Source of the DNA: Candidatus Latescibacterota bacterium
Lineage (GTDB): Bacteria > Latescibacterota > UBA2968 > GCA-2709665
Length of the DNA: 64,000 bases
NCBI GenBank assembly: GCA_965208835.1
Contig: OZ242358.1
Location: forward strand, 640,001 to 704,000
Direction of reading: 5' to 3'
Positions 46,399 to 55,767 of the stretch are shown one piece after another. Every line of letters begins with the position of its first letter. Position 1 is the first letter of the stretch. Below the pieces are notes generated by a model. It was not told the origin of the DNA, did not search any database, and worked only from the letters and a program-made list of their open reading frames with translations. Both the position numbers and the translations under genes were made by a program.

Positions 46399-46613
46399 GA
46401 GACCACTACGATTTTTCAGAGATGAAGGGGCGCAAGAATCCCTACATCAAGCACCTGAAGCAGCCAGTTACCATGCGGCTCGATCGGGACACGGTCACCT
46501 ATTTCAAGGATATGGCGGCGGAAGCGGGCATTCCGTACCAGACCTTGATCAATCTCTACCTTCGCGATTGCGCGGTCCATAAACGAAAGCTGCAGATGGA
46601 GTGGGCTACGTAG
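46395..46613 (+). CDS. brnA: BrnA/CopG-like antitoxin
   Basis: MRDHYDFS...KQPVTMRLD...YFK...GIPYQTLINLYLR. ATGA overlap with brnT. Confidence 0.88.
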   Translation: MRDHYDFSEMKGRKNPYIKHLKQPVTMRLDRDTVTYFKDMAAEAGIPYQTLINLYLRDCAVHKRKLQMEWAT

Positions 46614-46651
46614 CGGCACGTGTTTGAAAAGAAGCTATCAGCCATCAACAA

Positions 46652-46787
46652 AAGCGGGTAGACGCAAGCCGGTAGACGGGAGAAGAGATCTTTGCCGGTC
46701 CTTTCCTCCTTTACGCCTCCGGCATAAACTGAAACCCAACGAGGCGAGTCATCTCTAACCTCTTACGTCTTACGTCTCACCGCCTTT
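46652..46787. repeat. Heptamer-built inverted-repeat element, copy C
   Basis: AAGCGG-GTAGACG-CAAGCCG-GTAGACG-GGAGAAG ... CCTCTTA-CGTCTTA-CGTCTCA-CCGCCTTT. Preceded by GCTATCA-GCCATCA (46634-46647) and followed by a CCCCTCCCCC...GGGGAAAGGGG unit (46794-46832). Confidence 0.75.
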
Positions 46788-46901
46788 AGACGACCCCTCC
46801 CCCAAGCCCTCTCTTCGGTGGGGAAAGGGGAAGCAAAGCCAGTGGATTCCCGAATTCGCATCGTGGTCGTGTCTGAAAGGATGCACGAGAGGAGTAACAG
46901 C

Positions 46902-49307
46902 ATGATTGGGATATTCGTCATTGTTGGCGTGGTTCTGCTGCTTATGGCGGCATCGCAGACCCTGGCAGCCGAAAACCCGTCGATCGACGAGACGCCGGGC
47001 AAACCCGGCGAGTGGGGCTTTCGCCCCGCCGACGGCAGCGTCTCTCAGGTGACGCCTCCGGGGTTTTCATGGCGGCCGCAGAAAGACGCCGCGAGCTACG
47101 AACTTCAGTGCGCTGCAGACAGTGCCTTCGCGGATGTGGATTACGAGGCGACAAGCATCACTTTCAACGTCCACTGTCCGCCTCGTACGTTCTCGCCCGG
47201 CCGCTGGTATTGGCGATTCCGTTATAACGATCAGTCGGGTGCTGCTTCCGACTGGAGCGTCGTGCGCATGTTTACCGTTGCAGCAGATGCAAACCCGTTG
47301 CCGCTGCCCTCTCGCGATGACCTGCTCGCGCGCATTCCAACCGGCCATCCGCGCCTATTCGTGCGGCCGGAGCAGATTCCGGAATATCGGCGACGTGCGA
47401 AGTCCGACCTCTCGGTCCATTATGGAAAACTCGTGGCCGCGTCCGAGAAGCTGCTCGAGAATCCGCCGCCCACTGAAGAGCCGCCCCTCTATCCGGAAGG
47501 GACGGTCCGGCTCAGCGAGGAGTGGCGGGCGATCTGGTGGCCGAACCGGGAGTATACGATCGCGGCCCTGAACGGCGCGGCCACCCTGGCATTTACCCGG
47601 CTGCTCGGCGGTCGCGAGGAGTACGGGCAACTCGCCAGGAAGATTCTGATGGCCTGCGCCGAATGGGACCCGAAAGGGGCGACGGGCTTCAGGTATAACG
47701 ACGAAGCCGGGATGCCCTACGCGTATTATTTCTCCCGTACCTACAGCTATCTCCACAATATGCTGACGGAGGACGAGCGCGAAACCTGTCGCCGCGTGAT
47801 GAGAATCCGGGGGAAAGAAATGAACGCGCATCTGAATCCTCGCTTCCTCTGGCGTCCGTACGGGAGCCACGATACCCGGTCGTGGCATTTTCTGGGTGAG
47901 GTGGGCATCGCGTTTCTGGATGAGATCCCAGAGGCCGCGGACTGGGTGTGGTTCGCGGCGAACGTGTTCGCCAACACGTACCCCGTGTGGAGCGATGACG
48001 ACGGTGGCTGGCACCAGGGCATGGGCTACTGGCGAAGCTACATCCAGCGGTTCACCTGGTGGGCGGACATTATGCGCGAGGCAATGGGTATCGACGCCTT
48101 CGACAAGCCCTATTTCTCGCAGGTCGGCTACTATCCGATGTATCTGCAGCCACCTGGTACGCGAGGCGGAGGCTTCGGCGACCTGACGGCTCACCTCGAG
48201 TCCGGCCAGAACCGCGGCGTGATGGCGCTGTTTGCCGCCCAGGCCCGAAATCCGTACTGGCAGTGGTACGTGGACGCGCACGGCGGATCGCCCTCCGAGC
48301 CGGGTTATATCGGCTTCGTCCGGGGCGCGCTTCCGGAGGTTAAAGCGAAGCGGCCGGTCGACCTGCCCACGTCCCGCTGTTTTCGGGGGACGGGCCAGGC
48401 CGTACTCAATGCGAATCTGGAGGACGCGCGGAACAACTTGGAGGTGATCTTCAAGAGCAGTCCTCTCGGGTCCCACAGCCACGGGTACGAAGCCCAGAAT
48501 TCCTTTTTGCTCTACGCATTCGGAGAGCGGCTGCTGATCCGAACCGGACGGCGCGACATCCACGGCAGCGAGCACCACAGACAGTGGATGCACCACACGA
48601 AATCGGTAAATTGCGTCACCGTCAATGGGGAAGGGCAGCTGCCGAACGCCAGCGATGCCCAGGGGGAAATCCTTGATTTCCACACTTCAGAGCATCTCGA
48701 CTACGTTTCCGGAGAGGCGTCGCGCGCGTACGCGGGCAGACTGGAACGGTTTACCCGCCGCATCCTGTTCCTGAAACCGGAAGCGGTCCTCATCTTCGAT
48801 ACCCTGCGCGCGCCCGAATCCGCCCAATTCGAATGGCGGTTGCACGCGCCCGTGGAGATGGACGTCCGGAACCAGCGGGACATCCGGGTTGTCAACGAAG
48901 CAGCGGCCTGCCGGGTGTCGTTCCTGTGGCCCGGCGGCCTGTCGCTGAGCCAGACCGACCGGTTCGAGCCGCCGCCCCGGCCTCGCATAAAGCTGATAGA
49001 GTATCACCTGACGGCGATTCCGTCCTCGCCTGCCCGGGACCAGACGTTCGTGACGCTTCTCAGGCCGCATCGGGTGGGGAAGTCGCCGGCCGGAGAAGCG
49101 CAGTTCGAGGAGATTGACGGCGGGTACGCGTTCACCGTACCCCTTGCTAGAGGCCGCGCCGTCGTGCTCCTGCAGCCTTCCGGCGGAAGCGTCCTGACGG
49201 GCGCGGGCATCCGGACCGACGGCGAGGTCGGCGCCGTTGCATTCGACGAGCGGGGAGAAGTGATGCAGACGCTTGTTGCCGGGGGTACTCTCATCGAAGC
49301 CCGATGA
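46902..49307 (+). CDS. Secreted DUF4962 + heparinase II/III-like protein (PL15-like)
   Basis: Signal peptide (MIGIFVIVGVVLLLMAASQTLAAE), TPPGFSW, HPRLF, YGSHDTR, DGGWHQGMGY, HSHGYEAQNSF, TKSVN. ATG 46902 follows GAGGAG. Confidence 0.8.
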   Translation: MIGIFVIVGVVLLLMAASQTLAAENPSIDETPGKPGEWGFRPADGSVSQVTPPGFSWRPQKDAASYELQCAADSAFADVDYEATSITFNVHCPPRTFSPGRWYWRFRYNDQSGAASDWSVVRMFTVAADANPLPLPSRDDLLARIPTGHPRLFVRPEQIPEYRRRAKSDLSVHYGKLVAASEKLLENPPPTEEPPLYPEGTVRLSEEWRAIWWPNREYTIAALNGAATLAFTRLLGGREEYGQLARKILMACAEWDPKGATGFRYNDEAGMPYAYYFSRTYSYLHNMLTEDERETCRRVMRIRGKEMNAHLNPRFLWRPYGSHDTRSWHFLGEVGIAFLDEIPEAADWVWFAANVFANTYPVWSDDDGGWHQGMGYWRSYIQRFTWWADIMREAMGIDAFDKPYFSQVGYYPMYLQPPGTRGGGFGDLTAHLESGQNRGVMALFAAQARNPYWQWYVDAHGGSPSEPGYIGFVRGALPEVKAKRPVDLPTSRCFRGTGQAVLNANLEDARNNLEVIFKSSPLGSHSHGYEAQNSFLLYAFGERLLIRTGRRDIHGSEHHRQWMHHTKSVNCVTVNGEGQLPNASDAQGEILDFHTSEHLDYVSGEASRAYAGRLERFTRRILFLKPEAVLIFDTLRAPESAQFEWRLHAPVEMDVRNQRDIRVVNEAAACRVSFLWPGGLSLSQTDRFEPPPRPRIKLIEYHLTAIPSSPARDQTFVTLLRPHRVGKSPAGEAQFEEIDGGYAFTVPLARGRAVVLLQPSGGSVLTGAGIRTDGEVGAVAFDERGEVMQTLVAGGTLIEAR

Positions 49308-49375
49308 TCACAATCGTCGTAAATGGAAGGTGCCAATGCATTTCGAATCTTGACCATTCTCAATGAGTGACACCG

Positions 49376-49624
49376 ATGCCGCTGAACCTGTATCCGGACA
49401 TCTATGGGTCCGGATCTGTACCACAGGATTGGGTACCCAACCGGGGAGGTACCTTAAAATATCCGGTACGCAACCGTGCAGTGTTACGTGAATTACGGCG
49501 ATTGCGCCGCAGCAGATGGAGAAAGGTCATCAGGCAGGGTAATCGCGGGGAAGCTCATTACTTTGAACACGAATCCGGAAACGTCGCGGGAGTCAAATTC
49601 TATTCGAGGACGACATCGCCATGA
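49376..49624 (+). CDS. Small basic protein, putative stand-alone polymorphic-toxin-type domain
   Basis: RGGT...WRKV...HYFEHESGNVAGVK resembles Rhs/LXG toxin tips (from recall). ATGA-coupled to the next gene. GTG 49367 is an alternative start. Confidence 0.55.
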   Translation: MPLNLYPDIYGSGSVPQDWVPNRGGTLKYPVRNRAVLRELRRLRRSRWRKVIRQGNRGEAHYFEHESGNVAGVKFYSRTTSP

Positions 49625-49998
49625 AAAAGAACTATCCGTTTCGAATTGACCTTTCGGATACGTGTCGTGACATCGGCGTGATTCAACGGTTGGAACACTT
49701 CGCACTGCTGAATTTGGGCATGGTGCAGTCATTAGGCGCCGGGATTCTGGGTGGAACAGAGGCGATTCAACGCTTCTACCATGCGGACAACTGTCTCTAC
49801 GTGCGCAAGCATCTGAAAAACAGACACGCCAACGCGATCATGGGCCACGGGATACAATTACCCGATCTATTCGACAGCTTACCGGCGGAGGAAGCGCAAC
49901 GCGAGTTCCTACACGAACTTGAGACCATGCGATCTCTGTGTTTAAAGCTTCTGGAGAACGTCAGATCGCCAGACTTTGCCGGTCCCGCGCAAGCATAG
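49621..49998 (+). CDS. DUF3969-like protein, putative immunity/antitoxin
   Basis: LNLGMVQSL...EAIQRFY...IMGHGIQLPDLFDSLP...CLKLL helical pattern resembles DUF3969. Confidence 0.55.
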   Translation: MKKNYPFRIDLSDTCRDIGVIQRLEHFALLNLGMVQSLGAGILGGTEAIQRFYHADNCLYVRKHLKNRHANAIMGHGIQLPDLFDSLPAEEAQREFLHELETMRSLCLKLLENVRSPDFAGPAQA

Positions 49999-50101
49999 GA
50001 AATTCACCGGATGTCCGTCTGACGAAGAATCAGATACGTTCACAATTTTGTTCGGACCTCCACAAGACAGGACGCACGGGGACATTTTAGAGGTGAAGAC
50101 A

Positions 50102-53100
50102 ATGGCCGAAACAGGAGGACGAAGCGCGCGCAGGCGTCGGCAGGAGTCGTACGACATCGAGATCGTGAACAGAGAGATCCCGACGCTGAAGGATCTTCAT
50201 CTCGAGACCGACCTGTCCGGAGATGTGCTGGTGGTGCCTCCCGACGGCGATTCCGGTGCCGAAATCGGCCGTAGAATCGCCGAGGCACTGGGAAGCGCTG
50301 CCGAAGTCAAGTCCGGTTCGGAGGTCGGCGGCGGGGACTGGAACAACGCACACATCGTCGCGGCGGGAAACGTCTTCAACAACACGGCGATCCTGCGCCT
50401 GGGGATGAATTTCTACGCGTGGACGGACGAGTACTACCCCGGCGGGGACGGGTACGAGGTGAGAACGGTCCACAATCCCTTCGGGACCGGCCGGAACGTG
50501 GTCCAGCTGGGAGGAAGTACGCCTGAAGGCGTGACGCGGGCGGTGGACGAATTCCTCTCGATCGTGGAGCGGGAGGGGCCGCGCATCGGTCGGATCAACC
50601 GGCCGGTGTCCCGGCAGAACCCGGAATCCCCGCCCACGGACGCCGAAGCACGGAAGATCATCGACACGGTCAACGAGCAGGTCGCGCTATCGGGAAGCCA
50701 GGGACCGCTGCGCCGCATGGTGGACCACGCCATGCTCTATTATCTGTCGGGCGACGAGGTCTGGGGTCGAATTTTCAGGGAGGAATTCCTGTTCTTCATC
50801 GATCTCGCCCACGAGGCGGGCGACTGGTGCCTGTCGCAGGGGACGCATCTCTACTTCTGGATATACCGCATGCTGACTGCATGGGACGTGATGGAGGAAG
50901 GGGAGGCGCTGAACGACGACGACCGGCTGAAGATGACGAACGCGATCTACAACATCATCCGGTGGACGTCCGAGCTCACGCATTTCAGGTTCAAGTCTGT
51001 GGACGACGTGGTCCAGAACCAGAACCACCAGAGCTTCGCCGCGCTGAGTCTGGTCATTGGAGCAAGGTATTTCAAGAAGTATTACGGGCTGACGGATTTC
51101 GATGAAAAGCTGCCTTTGGCGCACCGGACCCTGGAACTGCACGCCAGGTCGTACAAGCCGAACGACAACGCGGGGACGGGCTACGTGTGGATTACGCCGG
51201 GGCACCTGATCAAGTACGGGCTGATGACGGACGATCTCTCGTACCTCGAAGACGGTCATCTGGCGCGGCTGCTGGACAGCGCGGTGCTAACCATCGACAG
51301 CCGGGGCGACGACTGCACGTACGGCGACGTCGGTGCGTACAGGGCATCCCGGGCCAGCCGCCCGAGCGGGCTGCAGGCCGCGTCGATAGGCGCATGGTTC
51401 TACAACGACGGGCGTTACCGGTGGCTCTACAACTGGATGGAGCAGGGCCAGCAGTGGCGGGACTCCTTCCAGCGCCAGAGGAACTGGGGGATCGGCGGAT
51501 GGGAGGTGTACGACGGATTTTTCTTCAGGGACATCGCGCCCGTCGAACCGGCGGAACTGCTGGGGGTACGCGCGTCGATGCTGGACGGGGCGGCGCACGA
51601 CTTTGCCCGGGATCGGGCGCGGAAGACGGGTCAGTACCACGGAGACCCCCTGGTGGAATCGGACGTCCCCCTCGCGGAGGCGTTCGACAAGCTGGCGTTC
51701 CGGCGAAGCTTCGACAGGCGCAGCGAGTACCTGTTGATCGACGGGCCTACAGGCTTCTCCCATTCCCAGGAGGACGGGAACTCGATCATCCGCCTCTGCT
51801 GGAACGACCGCATCTGGCTGGCGGACCTGGACTACATCCGCCGGTTGGCGAGATACCACAACACGGTGGTAATCGTGAAGGACGGGACGTGTTATCCCAA
51901 GCCGTCGCAGGTGGCGCTCAGGGCGATTGGAGATTTCGAAGACTGGGGGTACAGCCAGACGGTATCGCCGGGGGATAACGGCACGGACTGGGCACGAAGT
52001 ATCTTCTGGAGGAAGGGTGCGTATTTCCTGGTAATCGACTCGGTGGACGCGCGGGAGGGCGGTGATTATCTCCTGGACGCCATCTGGAGGGTACTCGGAC
52101 AGGTGGACGCGTCAGAGAGCGCATTGCGCATCGAACAGGACGGCGAGCGGCTTCACATCGTGAACGCGGACGGCTCCGAAAAGTCACTGACGGACCGCGA
52201 GGCCGACTTTGCGCCGGACTGGGAGGCCAACTGGAAGAATTACGAGCACGCGGACGGGACCGTACGGATGTGGCACCAGAAGATACGGCTCTCCATGGAA
52301 GCGGGTGACCGGACTGCTTTCGTGAACTTGCTGTATCCGTCCAATGACGGATCGCCGCAGGCGTTCGACGTGGAGCGCGTGGGTCCGTCCGCCGCCGTGG
52401 TCCGCGACCGGCGGTCGGGAGAGGCCGTGATGGCCGGCGTCGGCGCGCCGGATTATGGCGGACTGGACGTGGACGGAAAGTTGTTCCGGATCGACAGCGA
52501 CGGATTTGCACTCGTGGAGGGAACACAACTGGCGTGGGAAACGCCGCTATTCAGGAGTTGGGCGCCCGTTTCGGTGGAGATGGACCTCGCGCGGGGGAAG
52601 GGGATTGTCGAAACCCGGACAGAGACCCGCGTTGGCATCCGTGCGGAGGAGGTCCGTCTGAACGGAGAGCGGATTTCGGCGGGAGGCGAGGGCAAACTGG
52701 TCTGGTTTACGCTGGCGGCCGGCCGGCACGACCTGGAGATCCTGCCCCGCGCGTCCGGGACGTTTGACCGATTGCTGCGGGAGGCGACGTCATACCGGCC
52801 CGGTCCTGTATCCATCAATCCGGGACCTGTGGTCGGAAGCGGTATCGAACCCCTGTGGAGGTACGATGCCGGATCGGGCGTGACCGCCGTGGACTCCGAT
52901 GTATCGGCCGGGACGCTTTTGGGAACCGCCAATGGAGACGTCAGCCTGCTCGGACCGGACGGCACGAGGAATTGGTCGTTCCCGGCGCAGGGCGAAGTCC
53001 GCGCCGTGCACCTCGCGGATATTGACGGGGACGGCGCGCCGGAAGCTGTTGTCGGCACGCGCGACTGCCGGCTGTACGTTCTGGGCGCCGGCGGCGAGGT

Positions 53101-53953
53101 GCGCTGGGAGCACGAGTTTCCGCCCGGCAGCGGGATGCGCCCGCAGCGGTTGACGACCGTGTCATCGGCCGACCTGGACGGCGACGGCAGGAAGCAGGTT
53201 CTGGCCGGGGCCGAAGGATGGCTGCTGCACGTTTTCGAAGCGGACGGATCGCTGAAATGGCAGACCGAGACCCACTATCACTGTATCACCGGATGCCTGG
53301 CCGTGGACCTGGACGGGGACGGAAGGGACGAGCTGCTGGTGGGCACCGAGTATTATACCATCAATTGTCTGAATCCCGACGGTACGGCGCGGTGGCGGCG
53401 GAGTACGGGATGCGTCTCGCCGACGATCCTCGCCGCCGACCTGGATGACGACGGGGTGATCGAGGTCGTGTACGGGGACTGGCGGGCGGTGAACGCGGCG
53501 ACGAGCGGCGAACTGTTCGGTCAGACCGGCCTGGGAGGCAGCGGAAAATTGAAGGCGCCGGGCGCGTTGTCGTGGCGCGTGAATATGGGCGGCGAGGTGG
53601 AGGACATCGCCGTTGCGGACGTGAATGGCGACGGCAGACCCGATGTGGTCGCGGGCAGCGACGTGGGGCAGCTGGCCTGCGTCGCGGGCGATGGAGAGGT
53701 CATCTGGCGCCGGGACCTGGAGGATAAAATCACGTGGCTGACCACGTTCCGGGACAATGGATCCGTGAAGATCCTGGCAGGATTCGATACGGGCGAGATC
53801 CGGACCCTTGATGCCGGCGGGGTGCTGATCGCAAGGGACAGCGTCGAAGGGGAAATCAAACATCTTCGCTCCCTCGGCGACCGGGTCGTATGCGCCACCT
53901 CGGCGGGGACGGTGATGGCCTTCCGGCCGGTCGATCGGGAAACAATCTTGTGA
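50102..53953 (+). CDS. Heparinase II/III-like + FG-GAP/PQQ beta-propeller protein (paralog 4 of 4)
   Basis: LKDLHLET, YPGGDGYEVRTVHNPFGTGRNV, NQNHQSF, FSHSQEDGNS, YHNTV, several DxDGDG repeats. ATG 50102 follows GAGGTG. Confidence 0.75.
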   Translation: MAETGGRSARRRRQESYDIEIVNREIPTLKDLHLETDLSGDVLVVPPDGDSGAEIGRRIAEALGSAAEVKSGSEVGGGDWNNAHIVAAGNVFNNTAILRLGMNFYAWTDEYYPGGDGYEVRTVHNPFGTGRNVVQLGGSTPEGVTRAVDEFLSIVEREGPRIGRINRPVSRQNPESPPTDAEARKIIDTVNEQVALSGSQGPLRRMVDHAMLYYLSGDEVWGRIFREEFLFFIDLAHEAGDWCLSQGTHLYFWIYRMLTAWDVMEEGEALNDDDRLKMTNAIYNIIRWTSELTHFRFKSVDDVVQNQNHQSFAALSLVIGARYFKKYYGLTDFDEKLPLAHRTLELHARSYKPNDNAGTGYVWITPGHLIKYGLMTDDLSYLEDGHLARLLDSAVLTIDSRGDDCTYGDVGAYRASRASRPSGLQAASIGAWFYNDGRYRWLYNWMEQGQQWRDSFQRQRNWGIGGWEVYDGFFFRDIAPVEPAELLGVRASMLDGAAHDFARDRARKTGQYHGDPLVESDVPLAEAFDKLAFRRSFDRRSEYLLIDGPTGFSHSQEDGNSIIRLCWNDRIWLADLDYIRRLARYHNTVVIVKDGTCYPKPSQVALRAIGDFEDWGYSQTVSPGDNGTDWARSIFWRKGAYFLVIDSVDAREGGDYLLDAIWRVLGQVDASESALRIEQDGERLHIVNADGSEKSLTDREADFAPDWEANWKNYEHADGTVRMWHQKIRLSMEAGDRTAFVNLLYPSNDGSPQAFDVERVGPSAAVVRDRRSGEAVMAGVGAPDYGGLDVDGKLFRIDSDGFALVEGTQLAWETPLFRSWAPVSVEMDLARGKGIVETRTETRVGIRAEEVRLNGERISAGGEGKLVWFTLAAGRHDLEILPRASGTFDRLLREATSYRPGPVSINPGPVVGSGIEPLWRYDAGSGVTAVDSDVSAGTLLGTANGDVSLLGPDGTRNWSFPAQGEVRAVHLADIDGDGAPEAVVGTRDCRLYVLGAGGEVRWEHEFPPGSGMRPQRLTTVSSADLDGDGRKQVLAGAEGWLLHVFEADGSLKWQTETHYHCITGCLAVDLDGDGRDELLVGTEYYTINCLNPDGTARWRRSTGCVSPTILAADLDDDGVIEVVYGDWRAVNAATSGELFGQTGLGGSGKLKAPGALSWRVNMGGEVEDIAVADVNGDGRPDVVAGSDVGQLACVAGDGEVIWRRDLEDKITWLTTFRDNGSVKILAGFDTGEIRTLDAGGVLIARDSVEGEIKHLRSLGDRVVCATSAGTVMAFRPVDRETIL

Positions 53954-53963
53954 GACTTCATTT

Positions 53964-54827
53964 ATGGCCGGTCTGAGTGAGGAGCAGCTTTCCGATTATC
54001 TGAACGACGGTTACCTGTTGCTGGAGGACGTGCTGACGCCGGAGGACCTGCAGCCGCTGATCGACGACATCGCCGAGGGGATCGATCGCAAGGCGCGGGA
54101 GGCCCGCTCCAATGGCAAGCTGTCCGATCCGTTCGAAAACGCGCCCTTCGACCGGAGACTGGCGCGTCTGCGGGACACGATGGACGATGCGTCGGAAATC
54201 GAGAAGGCGGTGACGGGAAAGCGCCTCAAGACCGCGGGGATGTTTGCCGTGATCACGCACCCGGCGATTCTGGACATCGTGGAGTCCGTCATCGGCCCGG
54301 AGATCCTGGCCCATCCCCAGTTCAACTGCCAGGCGAAGATGCCCAACGAAGCCCGGTCGCAGATCCCGTGGCACCAGGACCTGGGGTTCCTGCATCCCGA
54401 AGCGGAAGCCACGTTCATGGTGAACTTCTGGATTCCGCTGGTGGACGTTTCGGTGGAAAATGGATGCCTGGAGGTGATTCCGGGCAGTCACCGCGCCGGT
54501 CTGATGCCGCATGGTGAGGTGGCGGGCTATCCGAACGAGGGGATCCGGAAAGGGTGGGTTCCGGATGGCGTGCCCGTCGCCTGTCCGGTGCGAAAGGGCG
54601 GTGTGGTGGTGTTCCAGCACAAGATGGCGCACCGGTCCTTTCCCAACCGGACGGACCGCATCCGCTGGAGCCTGGATATTCGTTACTCGGACCCGTCAAT
54701 GCCGACGGGACGGGACGAGGTACCGGGATTCCTGGCACGGAGCGACGCGCACCGCGGGCGGGTGGCGAAATCACACCTGGATTGGCTGAAACTGATGCGA
54801 GGCGTAGATGAGCGACTGCACGAGTAG
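53964..54827 (+). CDS. PhyH-family Fe(II)/2-oxoglutarate oxygenase
   Basis: PWHQD, NFWIPL, ENGCLEVIPGSH, AHRS, RWSLDIRY. Confidence 0.9.
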   Translation: MAGLSEEQLSDYLNDGYLLLEDVLTPEDLQPLIDDIAEGIDRKAREARSNGKLSDPFENAPFDRRLARLRDTMDDASEIEKAVTGKRLKTAGMFAVITHPAILDIVESVIGPEILAHPQFNCQAKMPNEARSQIPWHQDLGFLHPEAEATFMVNFWIPLVDVSVENGCLEVIPGSHRAGLMPHGEVAGYPNEGIRKGWVPDGVPVACPVRKGGVVVFQHKMAHRSFPNRTDRIRWSLDIRYSDPSMPTGRDEVPGFLARSDAHRGRVAKSHLDWLKLMRGVDERLHE

Positions 54828-54874
54828 GATCCCGCGCACCGCTAGCAGCAACGACGGGAACGCCCCCGGGCCCG

Positions 54875-55708
54875 TTACGCGGGAACCGGATAATCGGGCT
54901 TTCCATAAAAATAATTGTGAAATACCTGCCAGAAGGACTCGCCTTTGCAGCGGATCGTGCGGTCGTCGACCCGCTCGACGCCTTCCCGCACGGAGAGTCG
55001 ATCGGGTTCGGGATGCGTCATCTCCATCACCAAAGGACTTTCTGCGATGAGCGGTTCGATGTCTTCTGCGACCGCAACGGCCTCCTGAACGCGAGTCTTG
55101 ATCAGGGCGCGGGCATCTGCCGGCGCCATGTGCAAGGCACACAATTCTCCCAGGCCTTCCTTTACGGGGGCCGTGACGATGCCGCTGACCCATCGTTCGG
55201 ATTCGGTACATGCGTGCCGGTCGCCGGATGTGAAGACCCAGGGAATGCCCAGATGGCCACACAGGTACGCCGCCATTTCCATCTCGCCGACTTCGGCGCC
55301 GTTGACGCGACAGACCATATCGCGGCTCATCGAATGTGCAAGGCATCCGTTGGGCGTTCCGGTCATTGCGTGCATGCCCACCTGGATCAACGCGTCGTAT
55401 CCGGGCGACAGGCCGGGCAACCAGCAAGGACGCTTGACACCCTTTACCAGCTTCACGCCAGAGACCAATTCTTCTGACAGGATCGTGCGCCCCGCCCCAT
55501 GCGCGTCATTGATGGTCACTTTTTCGACACCTGCGGCAAACAAGCCTTCAGCCGCGGCATTGACTTCGCCCGTCAACAGGCGCTGCATCTCGGCGCGGTC
55601 ATACACGCCTTTGGACGTTGTCGCGTCGTCCCGGTGCCTCGGGTCCCAATCGTCGACGCCGGCCACGCCTTCCAAATCGGTCATCATATAGACGGATTTC
55701 ACGGTCAT
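54875..55708 (-). CDS. dppA: M55 family (DppA-like) D-aminopeptidase
   Basis: TDLEGVAGV, EVNAAAEG, NDAHGAG, VGMHA, LAHSM, VGE, SGD, VKEG. Confidence 0.85.
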   Translation of the reverse strand: MTVKSVYMMTDLEGVAGVDDWDPRHRDDATTSKGVYDRAEMQRLLTGEVNAAAEGLFAAGVEKVTINDAHGAGRTILSEELVSGVKLVKGVKRPCWLPGLSPGYDALIQVGMHAMTGTPNGCLAHSMSRDMVCRVNGAEVGEMEMAAYLCGHLGIPWVFTSGDRHACTESERWVSGIVTAPVKEGLGELCALHMAPADARALIKTRVQEAVAVAEDIEPLIAESPLVMEMTHPEPDRLSVREGVERVDDRTIRCKGESFWQVFHNYFYGKPDYPVPA

Positions 55709-55767
55709 GGGATTCTCCTGTTTTCAGGGTATTTCCGAGACGTGTTGCGCATGTCGCGATGTGGTTG

